A stretch of 64,000 nt of DNA from Eubacteriales bacterium (GCA_045538555.1 JAZSRP010000043.1:75061-139060), one strand, 5' to 3'; shown: positions 10,115-20,650, numbered from the stretch's first letter. Numbers and translations are program-made. The notes: generated by a model from the sequence alone, not told the origin.

Positions 10115-11002
10115 ATGACAAAAACAGCTTTTATTATGATTGCAGGAAAGCCAAATGCGGGGAAAAGTACTCTTTTAAACGCTATACTTGGCGAAAAAGT
10201 TGCAATTGTGTCCCGAAAACCCCAGACGACCCGAAACCGCATAACCGGAGTTTTGACCGAAGGTGAAAACCAATACGTATTCACCGACACACCGGGACTG
10301 CACAAACCCCGCACTCTTCTGGGAGAATATATGATGAAAGCGGCAGGAAACGTTGCAAACGACTCCGACATTATCCTTTTTGTTGCCGAGGCCTGCACCG
10401 AGCTCAACGTGGCCGAGAAAAAGGCACTGGAAAGATACTTTGCATCAAAGCTCACCGTTATACTTCTTCTGAACAAGATCGACTGTGCAGACAAATCAAA
10501 GCTTGCCGCACAGATAGGCGAACTATCAGAGAAATATGATTTTCATGCAATAATTCCAATCTCTGCCATGACAGGAGACGGTGTTGACATAATCAAGAAG
10601 GAGCTGGAACCGCTTCTTGTTGAAAGCGTCCACTTTTTCCCCGACGATTATATTACGGATCAACCGGAAAGAAAAATTTTCGGAGAGATAATCCGGGAAA
10701 AAGCGCTCAGACTTCTTGACGACGAGATACCTCACGGAATTGCTGTTTCCGTAGAGTCATTCAAAGAGTCAAAAGGCATCCTTTCAGTGCGTGCAGAGAT
10801 ATACTGCGAGCGTGAATCTCACAAGCGCATCATTATTGGCAAAAATGGTTCGATGCTGAAAAAGATCGGAAGCTATGCACGAGAGGACGCCGAACAGATC
10901 TTTGGCACAAAGGTATTTCTTGACCTTTGGGTAAAAGTAAAAGACAACTGGCGAGACAGACCCTCTTTGTTGTCGGATTTTGGTTACAAAGACGAGGAGT
11001 AG
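10115..11002 (+). CDS. era: GTPase Era
   Basis: 295 aa. G1 motif GKPNAGKSTLLN, TTRNRI, DTPG and a C-terminal KH domain region. Confidence 0.95.
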   Translation: MTKTAFIMIAGKPNAGKSTLLNAILGEKVAIVSRKPQTTRNRITGVLTEGENQYVFTDTPGLHKPRTLLGEYMMKAAGNVANDSDIILFVAEACTELNVAEKKALERYFASKLTVILLLNKIDCADKSKLAAQIGELSEKYDFHAIIPISAMTGDGVDIIKKELEPLLVESVHFFPDDYITDQPERKIFGEIIREKALRLLDDEIPHGIAVSVESFKESKGILSVRAEIYCERESHKRIIIGKNGSMLKKIGSYAREDAEQIFGTKVFLDLWVKVKDNWRDRPSLLSDFGYKDEE

Positions 11003-11005
11003 CTC

Positions 11006-11749
11006 ATGCATCACAAAATCAGAGGATTGGTCATCAAAGAGCAGGAAAAGGGAGAGAACGGAAAGCTCCTTACGCTATTGACTGAAAAACAAGGAGTCAT
11101 TTCCGTCAACGCAAAAGGAGTCCAAAAACTTTCTGCCGCTTACCTCAAATCAGCCCAGCTTTTTGCTCTGTCGGATATGCTTCTGTATGAAAAAAACGGT
11201 TTTTATACGTTGATGGAAGCAAATCTTGTAACCGATTTTTACAAGTTGAGAGAAGATGTGGTTTCCTTTTCGCTGGCATGCTTTATATGCGAGGCGGCAA
11301 GCGCTTTTTCCGTTCCGGGCGAGAATGAATCAAGGGTATTGCGCCTTGTGCTCAATTCTCTGTATGCACTCGAGAAACAGCTATGTTCTTACCAAAAGCT
11401 CAAGATGTCTTTTGAAATTCGTTTGTGTGCAGAATGCGGCTTTTGTCTCGATGCGTCAGAATGTACATATTGCGGTGAGGATATCCTGAGCAACAGCTTT
11501 TTTGATTTTTCGGAGAATGCTATAGTCTGCGCAGAGTGCGCCGCCGCATCGGGAAACAAAAACATACAGCTTACCCATGGGTGCATTTTTGCCATAAGGC
11601 ATCTGGTATCCTGTGAGCAGAACAGATTTTTATCCTATACACTGAGTGACCACGAGATATCGTTGCTGTCTCAATGCTCCGAGCATCTGTTGCTCTCATG
11701 TGCCGAAAGGCAGTTTAATTCGCTCAAGGTCCTCAAATCGATGATGTAA
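11006..11749 (+). CDS. recO: DNA repair protein RecO
   Basis: 247 aa. The position after era is conserved. It has an OB-fold-like N-terminus and the Cys cluster CAECG...CTYCG. Confidence 0.8.
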   Translation: MHHKIRGLVIKEQEKGENGKLLTLLTEKQGVISVNAKGVQKLSAAYLKSAQLFALSDMLLYEKNGFYTLMEANLVTDFYKLREDVVSFSLACFICEAASAFSVPGENESRVLRLVLNSLYALEKQLCSYQKLKMSFEIRLCAECGFCLDASECTYCGEDILSNSFFDFSENAIVCAECAAASGNKNIQLTHGCIFAIRHLVSCEQNRFLSYTLSDHEISLLSQCSEHLLLSCAERQFNSLKVLKSMM

Positions 11750-11764
11750 GTAAAGGTATTATTG

Positions 11765-14143
11765 ATGAACAACGGTTTTGAAAAAGCAATACACACACTT
11801 GAGTATGATAAAATAATGGCATTGAATGCCTCATACGCAATGACCGCTGTTGCAAAACAACGGATCGTTGATACAGTTCCGCTTGTTGATGAGGTAATGA
11901 TCAACCGTTGCCTTGATGAAACGGAACAGGCATTGGAGCTTTTGACCTACAAAGGTTCGCCGGGAATCTCTGCACCCGAGAGCGTTATTGACTCAGCACA
12001 GCGTGCCTGTAAAGGTGCAATGCTCACAACAAAGGAATTGCTCAACGTTGCATCCATGCTTCGTGCAGTCACATCGCTCCGCCGGTATCCCGATGGAAAA
12101 AGTACGGGAGCGCTTGAGCCGTACTTTCTTGCCCTGACCGAAAACAAGGGCTTGGAATCAGATATCTCCATGAAGATAATCTCCGAGGATCAGATTGCGG
12201 ACGATGCGTCTTCTTCTCTTCACAAAATTCGACGTGAAATCAAAAGAGCAGAGGAAAACGTACGCAATATCCTTTCTCGACTTACCACCGGCGATAACGC
12301 AAAATTTTTGCAGGATACTATCGTGACCGTAAGGCAGGGAAGATACGTTGTTCCTGTCAGAGCAGAGCACAAAAACGACGTAAAAGGACTTGTTCACGAT
12401 GCGTCTGCATCAGGCCAGACCTTGTTTATTGAGCCAATGGCAGTTGTTGAAGCAAACAACAAGCTCAGGGAGCTGAAAAGCGAGGAAACGGCAGAGATTG
12501 AAAAAATTTTGTTTGATCTTTCGGCAAAGGTTGCGGATTTTTCTGACTGTCTAAAAATAGACTTTGAAGCTGTCACAGACCTTGATATAATTTTTTCAAG
12601 AGCAAAATTTTCATCTGATCTCAACGGCTGCAGACCAAAGCTAAGCAACAAAAAACTCAAGCTAATTAAAGCACGTCACCCTCTGATCAACAAGGACCGT
12701 GTGGTTCCTATCAGTGTTGAATTTGGTGAAAAAGAAAACGCTCTTATCATAACCGGTCCCAATACAGGCGGAAAAACAGTTACTCTAAAAACGCTTGGAC
12801 TTCTCTCGATGATGGCGCAGAGTGGACTTTTTGTTCCCTGTGATAATGGGACAGAACTTATTATTTTTGAACAGGTTCTGGCAGACATTGGAGATGAGCA
12901 GAGCATTGAACAATCACTTTCAACCTTTTCATCTCATATGGTAAATATTGTATCAATTCTTGAGCAATGCACCGACAGATCTTTGGTATTGTTTGATGAG
13001 TTGGGGGCGGGAACCGACCCTGTCGAGGGCGCTTCTCTTGCAATTTCAATCCTTGAGCGGGTTCGTTCCCTCGGAGCAAGAGTAGCGGCAACCACACACT
13101 ATTCCGAGCTCAAACTATATGCACTTGACACAGAGGGTGTCATCAACGCCTCCTGTGAATTTGATCTTGCCACTCTCAAGCCAACATACCGTCTCATTAC
13201 AGGCATTCCCGGGCGCTCCAATGCATTTGAAATTAGTTTGCGGCTTGGCATCGACAGAGATATTGTTGACAGAGCAAGACAGCTTCTTGCAGATGATAAC
13301 ATTCGGTTTGAAGAAGTTATCACTCGGCTGGAGGAGACCGAACAAAGCTTGAAAAAGCAAAAGAGCGAAGCAGAAGAGGCAAGGGAAGAAGCAAAGAAAC
13401 TGCGTGAACAAGCCGAAAAAGAATCAAAGCTGCTCAAAGAGAGATCCGAATCGGAGCTTGACAGGGCACGAGCACAGGCGCAACGCATTCTTGATGCAGC
13501 AAAAGCAGCCAGCAACGCTGTGTTCAATGATCTAAATGAAATTAAAAAGCTTGAGGCAAGGCAGCTCAACTCACAGCGTATAGATGATGCCAGAAACGCC
13601 ATAAAACAGCGTATCAATGATGCAAACGTATTGGTAAAGGACAATTTGGAATACCAATCCGATGCGGAAGAGACATATGTATTGCCCCGTCCTGTTGTTG
13701 CAGGTGATCGTGTATTGCTTGCCGACGTTGGACTTGAGGCAATTGTAAAAAGTGTATCAGGTGACACGGTGTTTGCTGTTGCAGGACGTTTTGAATCAAA
13801 AACAAGCATCAGCAACATCCGTCTGCTTGACAAAAAAGTTGAAAAACAACAGCAAAAGGGAAGAGCCCAATACACTCATTCTGCCGAGGCAGTGAAGCAT
13901 GAGATCGACGTTAGAGGAAACACAGGCGACGATGCGTGGTTTATGATCGACAGATATCTTGAGGACGCAATACTTGCGGGATATGAGACAGTTTCTGTCA
14001 TACACGGAAAAGGCACGGGAGCTCTCAGAAACGCACTTTGGCAGTATTTCCGTGCGGATAAACGCAGGATCAAAACTTTCCGTTTTGGAAAATACGGTGA
14101 GGGCGACACCGGCGTGACAATCCTTGAACTGAAAGTCAAATAA
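11765..14143 (+). CDS. mutS2: Endonuclease MutS2 (MutS domain V ATPase plus C-terminal Smr)
   Basis: About 792 aa. Walker A ITGPNTGGKTVTLKT, DELGAGTDP, and a coiled-coil followed by the Smr domain (VIHGKGTGALR). An in-frame TTG lies 3 nt upstream at 11762. Confidence 0.93.
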   Translation: MNNGFEKAIHTLEYDKIMALNASYAMTAVAKQRIVDTVPLVDEVMINRCLDETEQALELLTYKGSPGISAPESVIDSAQRACKGAMLTTKELLNVASMLRAVTSLRRYPDGKSTGALEPYFLALTENKGLESDISMKIISEDQIADDASSSLHKIRREIKRAEENVRNILSRLTTGDNAKFLQDTIVTVRQGRYVVPVRAEHKNDVKGLVHDASASGQTLFIEPMAVVEANNKLRELKSEETAEIEKILFDLSAKVADFSDCLKIDFEAVTDLDIIFSRAKFSSDLNGCRPKLSNKKLKLIKARHPLINKDRVVPISVEFGEKENALIITGPNTGGKTVTLKTLGLLSMMAQSGLFVPCDNGTELIIFEQVLADIGDEQSIEQSLSTFSSHMVNIVSILEQCTDRSLVLFDELGAGTDPVEGASLAISILERVRSLGARVAATTHYSELKLYALDTEGVINASCEFDLATLKPTYRLITGIPGRSNAFEISLRLGIDRDIVDRARQLLADDNIRFEEVITRLEETEQSLKKQKSEAEEAREEAKKLREQAEKESKLLKERSESELDRARAQAQRILDAAKAASNAVFNDLNEIKKLEARQLNSQRIDDARNAIKQRINDANVLVKDNLEYQSDAEETYVLPRPVVAGDRVLLADVGLEAIVKSVSGDTVFAVAGRFESKTSISNIRLLDKKVEKQQQKGRAQYTHSAEAVKHEIDVRGNTGDDAWFMIDRYLEDAILAGYETVSVIHGKGTGALRNALWQYFRADKRRIKTFRFGKYGEGDTGVTILELKVK

Positions 14144-14154
14144 CACAAAAAACA

Positions 14155-14196
14155 ACACCTGAATCGGAGACAATTTCCGTTTCAGGTGTTTTTATT
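14155..14196. terminator. Bidirectional hairpin terminator between mutS2 and the radical SAM gene
   Basis: ACACCTGAA...TTCAGGTGT forms a 9 bp stem, followed by TTTTTATTTG. Confidence 0.7.
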
Positions 14197-15100
14197 TGTC
14201 GCAAAGCTCACCCTGCAAGACGTTGTGCTTGTTTAGATATCTGTTTAGTGAGTTGAGAACGTTTCGCTTATTTGCGCTCCAAAGCGGAGCAATGAGGATA
14301 CTTTTGTCGCCATCGCCGGTCAAACGATGAATCACTATATTTTTTGGTGTGTTTTTGAGACATTTTGCAATGATTTCAAAATATTCTTCCATTTCAAGAG
14401 GAATATACTCCATCTTGGCAAGCTTTGTGCCTCTCAGCACGTGCAATAGCTGAAGCTTTATCCCATCCACTCCCAATGACGCCGCATACCGAACAGTATT
14501 TACTGCATCTTCTGCGTCCTCACCGGGAAGTCCGACGATTATGTGGGCAACAACGTTGAGACCGTTGGCTTTCAATTTTTTTACACAGGATTCAAAGCAG
14601 GCGTTGTCATAACATCTATTTATCAAAACAGCTGTGTCCTCACGGCAGGTTTGCAACCCAAGCTCAACAAATACCGGTTTTATGCGGTTCAAGCATGAAA
14701 GTAATGTGATTTTTTCATCATCAAGACAGTCGGGTCTTGTTCCAATAGAAATCCCAACGATATCAGGATGCTTGATAGCAGGGACAAAAAGTTTTTCCAG
14801 TTTTTCTACAGGCGCATACGTATTTGTAAAAGCTTGAAAATAACAGATATACCCGCCATCTTGTCCAATTTTTGACGCAACACGATGCTTTGCTTTTTCA
14901 ATAGCGCAGTATATGTCCTCGCCCGTGTCCGCAAAATCTCCGGAACCGCTGCCCGAACAAAAAATACATCCGCCAACCCCGACAGTTCCGTCACGGTTGG
15001 GGCATCCGAGCCCCGTATTTATCGCTATTTTATAAATTTTTTTGCCAAACCGATTTCTAAGGTAGCTGTTTAATGAGTTATAACGTTCCATTTGAATCAA
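14192..15100 (-). CDS. TIGR01212-family radical SAM protein
   Basis: 302 aa. YKIAINTGLGCPNRDGTVGVGGCIFCS is the characteristic N-terminal cluster motif. An alternative ATG start is at 15091. It overlaps the stop of the upstream gene. Confidence 0.85.
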   Translation of the reverse strand: MIQMERYNSLNSYLRNRFGKKIYKIAINTGLGCPNRDGTVGVGGCIFCSGSGSGDFADTGEDIYCAIEKAKHRVASKIGQDGGYICYFQAFTNTYAPVEKLEKLFVPAIKHPDIVGISIGTRPDCLDDEKITLLSCLNRIKPVFVELGLQTCREDTAVLINRCYDNACFESCVKKLKANGLNVVAHIIVGLPGEDAEDAVNTVRYAASLGVDGIKLQLLHVLRGTKLAKMEYIPLEMEEYFEIIAKCLKNTPKNIVIHRLTGDGDKSILIAPLWSANKRNVLNSLNRYLNKHNVLQGELCDK

Positions 15101-16556
15101 AATACATGTTTTTTATAAATTTCTGCTCAAAATCACTGTTTCCGCCAAGCTCAACCAACACACAATTTTGAGCAAGCTCACATGCCTTTTTGCGATACTC
15201 TGAATCAATCACCGCCATCACAGCCCCCGCCAAAGCGGAATTACCAATGCAAGAAGTTTTTTGTACAACAGCTTGAGGAATCAACCCAATCCTTGCGGCA
15301 TTTTTGGGATTTATAAAACTACCAAAATTCCCACACAAAAACACTCTGTCAAGTTCATCAAAAGTAACCCCTGCTTTAGAAGCAAGACACTCTGCGGCAG
15401 AAAACACTGCGGATTTTGCCAGTTGGATTTTGGATATATCTTCAGAATCTAACAAAACGCCTGAGAAATCATATTTTTCGAATTTTAAGATTCCATCATA
15501 GGAAAGTATTTCATTGTTAAGCAAAAATGCTATTGCATCGATCAATCCGCTGCCGCAAAAACCGACAGCTGCATAATTTCCAACAGTTCTTACCTCTGCA
15601 GTACCGTCGTTATCAACAATAGAACATATGGCTCCATTTGTAGCAATCATACCGCTTTTTATTCCCCTGCCTTCAAACGCAGGGCCTGCGGGTGCAGAGG
15701 TACAAAACAGTTTTTCTCCATTCCACAGCGCCAGCTCACAGTTTGTCCCAATATCCATCAACAATGTATTTTTAATCGTTGTCATTCCCGATGCAATAAC
15801 CGATGAAAAAAGATCACCGCCACTGAAAGCGGCCGCGCACGGAAAATAAAAATCATTTCCGATATATGTCCCAAAAAGTGATTTTGGAACAAATGGAAAA
15901 ACTCCCATTTGTGACGGATCAAGCTCCGATACAATATGAAGCATTGTTGTATTTCCAGCAAAAACACAAAATTTTGGATAGGAGGGAAGTGACAAAAAAT
16001 ATTCTTCCAGCAGATCGGTTATCAACCTATGCATATGCAAATAACCATCGTTTTTTGCATTTGTTATACGGGTCATCACGTCCTCACCAAACACAACAAG
16101 CGGATTTAGAAATGATTTTGTTTCAAAAATCTTTCCGCTCGGAAGACAAACAGTGGCGGCAAGAATCGTTGTGGTGCCGATATCAACAGCACAGGCAAAA
16201 CATTCATTTTCATCTTCTGATTTTTCGCTAGAGGAAACAGCCGGTTTATAACCAACCGAAAAAGGAACTACCTGAGGGTTTGAATCCCATTCAAAAACGG
16301 TTACATCCCCTTTTATGTACGCAAAACAAGCAAGACGATACCCAAGTTCAAGCCTTTTTGCCAAAAAATCTCTTTCTTCATCGGTAGGTGCAGACAATTC
16401 ACCGCTGGCCTTGACTGCACATCCACCGCATATTGATTTTCCACCGCATGGCGCAGAAAAAACAAAACCGTTTTTTTGCAATGCGTCAAAAAGACGGGTG
16501 TTTTTTTCAACATAATAATCTTTTTTATTTCCCTGCGAAAAAACTGTCAGCACCAT
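15078..16556 (-). CDS. 2Fe-2S ferredoxin domain plus ASKHA/DUF4445 protein (RACo-like corrinoid activase family)
   Basis: 492 aa. The N-terminal ferredoxin-like motif is CGGKSICGGC...LAC. The remainder has actin-fold ATPase motifs (AVDIGTTT, LMDIGTNCE). Confidence 0.7.
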   Translation of the reverse strand: MVLTVFSQGNKKDYYVEKNTRLFDALQKNGFVFSAPCGGKSICGGCAVKASGELSAPTDEERDFLAKRLELGYRLACFAYIKGDVTVFEWDSNPQVVPFSVGYKPAVSSSEKSEDENECFACAVDIGTTTILAATVCLPSGKIFETKSFLNPLVVFGEDVMTRITNAKNDGYLHMHRLITDLLEEYFLSLPSYPKFCVFAGNTTMLHIVSELDPSQMGVFPFVPKSLFGTYIGNDFYFPCAAAFSGGDLFSSVIASGMTTIKNTLLMDIGTNCELALWNGEKLFCTSAPAGPAFEGRGIKSGMIATNGAICSIVDNDGTAEVRTVGNYAAVGFCGSGLIDAIAFLLNNEILSYDGILKFEKYDFSGVLLDSEDISKIQLAKSAVFSAAECLASKAGVTFDELDRVFLCGNFGSFINPKNAARIGLIPQAVVQKTSCIGNSALAGAVMAVIDSEYRKKACELAQNCVLVELGGNSDFEQKFIKNMYFDSNGTL

Positions 16557-16558
16557 TG

Positions 16559-17254
16559 TTATATTGCCTCAATAGCAAATGCCACAAACTCCAAATCTGC
16601 AATGATACAGCATATGTTGTGAATATCATCATTGTTTTTCGCAATCACGGTTGCGTTTACGCCCACGTGATTGGGTGTAGATGATTTTGGAGCTGTGATA
16701 TCGATTTCTGCAAGGGTTATTCCGCACTGTGCAACATTGTTCAATATTACGTTGAGAGAGTCTGCAGATCTAATCTCAAAATAAATTTTTCGTTTTCTGG
16801 AATGCCGTGAAAGAGCTCGGTCAAGATTTTTGAACTGAGTCATTACGATAAGTATCAGCAGTGTGCAAAGCAATGCCCCCTCATAAAAACCAATCCCGCA
16901 CGCAAGCCCAATCGCAGCAGTACTCCAAAGTCCTGCCGCTGTGGTAAGACCTCTGATATGAAGACGCTGGGTCACCAAAATCGTTCCCGCACCAATAAAA
17001 CCGATGCCCGAAACAACCTGCGCGGCGATTCTCAGCGGATCACCGCCAAAACCAAGAACCGAGTATCCAAAAACACCGGTCATCACAGTCATTGAGGCGC
17101 CGAGACAAACCAAAATGTGTGTACGAAATCCTGCAGCGTGGCCGTTCTTTTCACGCTGGAGTCCAATCAAACCGCCTGCTACGAGAGACAAAAATATCCT
17201 GATTACCGATGATAAAAAGTTGAACTGACGAATATATTCAAAAAATTCAAACAT
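16559..17254 (-). CDS. mgtC: MgtC/SapB family membrane protein
   Basis: 231 aa. GLIGLQREKNGHAAGFRTHILVCLGASM plus a C-terminal ACT-like soluble domain. Confidence 0.85.
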   Translation of the reverse strand: MFEFFEYIRQFNFLSSVIRIFLSLVAGGLIGLQREKNGHAAGFRTHILVCLGASMTVMTGVFGYSVLGFGGDPLRIAAQVVSGIGFIGAGTILVTQRLHIRGLTTAAGLWSTAAIGLACGIGFYEGALLCTLLILIVMTQFKNLDRALSRHSRKRKIYFEIRSADSLNVILNNVAQCGITLAEIDITAPKSSTPNHVGVNATVIAKNNDDIHNICCIIADLEFVAFAIEAI

Positions 17255-17275
17255 TTGACAACACTCCTTTTTTTG

Positions 17276-17304
17276 ATTTTACCAAAATATTAAAAATTTG
17301 TCAA
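17276..17304 (-). promoter_or_regulatory. Sigma-A type promoter for mgtC
   Basis: On the minus strand: TTGACA, a 17 nt spacer, then TAAAAT. I recognised no M-box-like leader in the 138 bp upstream region. Confidence 0.5.
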
Positions 17305-17392
17305 TGCGGTTCAATTGACAAGGAGTTACCTTTGTGATATTATTATTTTGGATTACATAGTATAATGTATAATTTTTATATCGGAGATCATT

Positions 17393-18790
17393 ATGAAAAA
17401 AGATGTTATCATCGTAGGAGCAGGCCCTGCGGGTATTTTTACTGCGCTTGAAATGATAAGAAAAGGAAGCAAAAAAAGCATCCTTATGATAGAAAAGGGA
17501 AAAGCGGTGGAAGACAGGCGCTGCCCAAAAAATATTACAAAAAAATGTGTCAATTGCAAACCGTTTTGCCATATAACCAGCGGTTTTTCCGGTGCAGGCG
17601 CCTTTTCCGACGGAAAGCTCTCATTAAGCAGTGAGGTTGGCGGAGATCTTCCGCGCCTCATAGGTGATGATGTTGCCCAGGAGACCATCAACTATACCGA
17701 CTCTATATATCTTGAGTTCGGTGCAGATACCCACATTGAGGGCATCAACGCAAGCGAGGAAGTAAAAGAGATCCGCAAGCGTGCCATCAGAGCCGGTCTC
17801 AAGCTCGTTGACTGTCCTATCCGTCATATGGGCACAGAAAAGGCACAGGATATCTATCTTGCTATCGAGAATTACCTCCGTGCCAATGGCGTAGAGATGC
17901 TGTTTGGTTGCGAGTGCTCGGGAATTATTCTTGAAAACGGACAGTGCAAGGGCGTCACCATCATCGAAAACGGTATGGAAAAAGAGATACTTTCTGATTA
18001 TACTGTTGTTGCAACGGGACGCAGAGGGGCCGATTGGCTGGAAAAAATCTGTGCGGAGCATGATATTGCCCATGAACCGGGCACTGTTGATATAGGTGTC
18101 CGTGTCGAGGTCAGAAACGAGGTCATGGAGACCGTAAACAGTGCTCTTTATGAATCAAAGCTTATCGGCTATCCCCATCCTTTCAAAAACAAGGTACGGA
18201 CTTTTTGTCAAAATCCCGGCGGCTTTGTCAGCCAAGAGAACTATGACAACGATCTTGCCGTAGTCAACGGACATTCATACAAAGAGCTGAAGAGCAACAA
18301 CACAAATCTTGCCATTCTTTGCTCCCACAACTTCAATACGCCCTTCAACCAGCCCATATCGTATGCTCAAAAGGTTGGTGAGCTTACAAATATGCTTGGA
18401 GCAGGACACATTCTCGTACAACGCTTTGGTGACATTCTTGACGGAAAGCGCACATGGCAAAAGGAGCTTTCCCGTTCAAACCTCAAGCCCACACTCCCTG
18501 ATGCAGTTGCCGGCGATATAACCGCCGCAATGCCGTACAGAGCAATGATGAATATTATCAATTTTATTCATGCGGTTGATCAGGTTGTTCCCGGTTTTGC
18601 AGCCGAAGAAACGCTGCTGTATTCTCCCGAATTGAAATTCTACAGCAACAGAGTCAAAATGGACGAAAACTTCAACACAAGCGTAGACGGTCTGTTCTGC
18701 CTGGGCGATTCCAGCGGATGGACAAGAGGATTGATGATGGCATCCGTAATGGGTGTTCTTATGGGCAGAAGAATCGCTGCCGAAGGATGA
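17393..18790 (+). CDS. FAD-dependent oxidoreductase (COG2509-like)
   Basis: 465 aa with the N-terminal dinucleotide fold VIIVGAGPAGIFTALEM and a good RBS (GGAGA). Confidence 0.75.
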   Translation: MKKDVIIVGAGPAGIFTALEMIRKGSKKSILMIEKGKAVEDRRCPKNITKKCVNCKPFCHITSGFSGAGAFSDGKLSLSSEVGGDLPRLIGDDVAQETINYTDSIYLEFGADTHIEGINASEEVKEIRKRAIRAGLKLVDCPIRHMGTEKAQDIYLAIENYLRANGVEMLFGCECSGIILENGQCKGVTIIENGMEKEILSDYTVVATGRRGADWLEKICAEHDIAHEPGTVDIGVRVEVRNEVMETVNSALYESKLIGYPHPFKNKVRTFCQNPGGFVSQENYDNDLAVVNGHSYKELKSNNTNLAILCSHNFNTPFNQPISYAQKVGELTNMLGAGHILVQRFGDILDGKRTWQKELSRSNLKPTLPDAVAGDITAAMPYRAMMNIINFIHAVDQVVPGFAAEETLLYSPELKFYSNRVKMDENFNTSVDGLFCLGDSSGWTRGLMMASVMGVLMGRRIAAEG

Positions 18791-18935
18791 TTATATTTAC
18801 ATTTGTAGATACAATATATTGACATATATTTTTCAATATGATAATATATAGTATAAATTTACGGATTTTTTATATGTAATATCTCATATTTAAAATTCTC
18901 AAAAATTCATATCAAAAACACAAGGAGGATCGTCT

Positions 18936-20603
18936 ATGAATTGTCCCAACTGCGGTGCAAACGTTGAAGCCAATGATCTGTTTTGCACTTCCTGTGGCAC
19001 AAGAATGACACAGCCCGAACCCCAACCCGCAGCGGAATCCGTTTCCGCCCAACCTGTTTCGCAGACCTATGCAGCACCCGCTGTAAACAATGAGCAACCC
19101 AAGGATAACTCCGCATTGCTCAAAAATCTTGTAAAATTTGGTACCATTGCCGTTGTTGCAGTAGTGCTTCTCGTTGTACTTATCAAGATCTTTACATCCG
19201 GTACAGACTATATTTTCCGTGAAAAAAATCTTCTCCCCATCGAGGTTGATGATGAAATCAGATTTGTCATTGACGACAAAATGGGTGAAGCAAAGCAGTC
19301 CGGCTCACTTGATGAGTACGAAACATCCACAAAAGGCGATATAACAGTGTTTACCACCGTTGAAGAGACAGAGGTTGAAGATAACTCTTCTTCTGAGACT
19401 GATGATGAATACTACGATGATTGGGATGATTGGGGCGAGCCCGAGGTAGAGAGAACATACACTCTGTTTTGGACTGACGGAGACAAGGTGACAAAGATCG
19501 CCGATGATTGTGGCTCTTTCTTCGTACTTTCCGCTGACGGAACAGGTGTCGTATATTATGATGCCGACGGCAATATCTGCCTGTACAATATCGAAAAAGA
19601 TGAAAACGTAAAAGTATACGATTACTCCGAGAATAAGAACTTTTCCGGCATAACTATCGCTCCTAACGGTGACACTGTTGTATTCAAGGTTATTGAGTAC
19701 ACCGAGGAAGACGAGACCAAATCCAATATCTACCTCTTTGACGGCAAAGAGAATGCAAAAGTCACCTCTGACGGATTTGTAATTGCTATGTCCGACGACG
19801 GCGACCTCATCTACGTTGTTACTGAAAACGACGAGGGAGAAGAAAAGCTCAACGTTTACAAGGGAACCAGCGGCGACAAGGTCTCTCTCGGCAAGTATTC
19901 TGATGTTGTTTGCTTCAACAATGACAACACTCAGATCATGTTTACCGATGGAGAGAAAACATATATCTCCGATGATGGTAAAGAGTCTGTAAAGATCTCC
20001 TCCAAATCCGGATTTGACATCGTCGTTCCCGAAGGATGCGTAGGTGTTGAGGATCTGTACGGCAAGGTATACGAGGCAGACAATGGTCTCTACCTTATCG
20101 AAGAGGACGAGGAACCCATCAAGCTCGCATCCAGGGTGTATCAGGTGACAATGGATGCCAGCGGCGAGTATATTTATTTCATCAAGAGCGGCGATGAGAC
20201 TCTGCTCCGAATTGAAATAGCCGATGAAGACAAAGCGGCAGACAACGCAGTCAAGATTGCCGAGGATGTTGACGGATACATCATTACCTCTGATTGCAAG
20301 AACGTTTATTATTCCTCCGATGACACTCTCTACAGCGTTGACGGCAGAGATGGTGATGACAAGACCTCCATTGCTGAGGACGTCACCATGGCTCAGATTG
20401 ACGGAAACGACGTATTCTATTATATCTGCGACGAAGAACTGTTCACCTGCGTCAAGGGCGAGAAATACGGCAAACTCAAGAGTGACATCATGGGCATCAC
20501 CAAAGAGGGTGACTATGTATACGCCTTTACAAAAGAAGACATCAGCGTCTGCCTTGGCAAAAAGAGCATTGAGAAGCTCACCGATCACAACATGTTTGAT
20601 TAA
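18936..20603 (+). CDS. Zinc-ribbon / single-TM / acidic repeat (beta-propeller-like) surface protein
   Basis: 555 aa. N-terminal zinc ribbon CPNCG...CTSCG, a TM helix (GTIAVVAVVLLVVLI), then a D/E-rich repetitive ectodomain. It has a strong RBS (AAGGAGG) and a terminator downstream. Confidence 0.7.
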   Translation: MNCPNCGANVEANDLFCTSCGTRMTQPEPQPAAESVSAQPVSQTYAAPAVNNEQPKDNSALLKNLVKFGTIAVVAVVLLVVLIKIFTSGTDYIFREKNLLPIEVDDEIRFVIDDKMGEAKQSGSLDEYETSTKGDITVFTTVEETEVEDNSSSETDDEYYDDWDDWGEPEVERTYTLFWTDGDKVTKIADDCGSFFVLSADGTGVVYYDADGNICLYNIEKDENVKVYDYSENKNFSGITIAPNGDTVVFKVIEYTEEDETKSNIYLFDGKENAKVTSDGFVIAMSDDGDLIYVVTENDEGEEKLNVYKGTSGDKVSLGKYSDVVCFNNDNTQIMFTDGEKTYISDDGKESVKISSKSGFDIVVPEGCVGVEDLYGKVYEADNGLYLIEEDEEPIKLASRVYQVTMDASGEYIYFIKSGDETLLRIEIADEDKAADNAVKIAEDVDGYIITSDCKNVYYSSDDTLYSVDGRDGDDKTSIAEDVTMAQIDGNDVFYYICDEELFTCVKGEKYGKLKSDIMGITKEGDYVYAFTKEDISVCLGKKSIEKLTDHNMFD

Positions 20604-20612
20604 TCGTCATAC

Positions 20613-20650
20613 AAAAAAACAAAGAGCGGTTTTCCGCTCTTTGTTTTTTT
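20613..20650. terminator. Bidirectional terminator between the zinc-ribbon gene and hsp20
   Basis: CAAAGAGCGG-TTTT-CCGCTCTTTG, flanked by an A-run and a T-run. Confidence 0.8.

Noticed and set aside
13099-13875. 258 aa Ser-rich ORF antisense to mutS2
   Set aside because: It lies inside the coiled-coil (E/K/A-rich) region of MutS2. The antisense translation is low-complexity S/F/L-rich, and there is no independent start context.
17255-17392. Looked for an M-box (Mg) riboswitch before mgtC. Also looked for a T-box before serS and proC, and an L-box before lysA
   Set aside because: The leaders are too short or absent: serS follows parB by 18 nt, and lysA overlaps engB. I could not find the conserved T-box (AGGGTGGTACCGCG-like) or other core sequences in 57419-57794 or 17255-17392.
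19305-20588. 427 aa ORF antisense to the zinc-ribbon surface protein gene
   Set aside because: The plus-strand gene has a strong RBS, a zinc ribbon, a TM helix and a terminator. The long antisense frame is explained by the GAx-rich (D/E) codon usage of that gene, which removes stops from the opposite strand. It has no RBS or recognisable domain.
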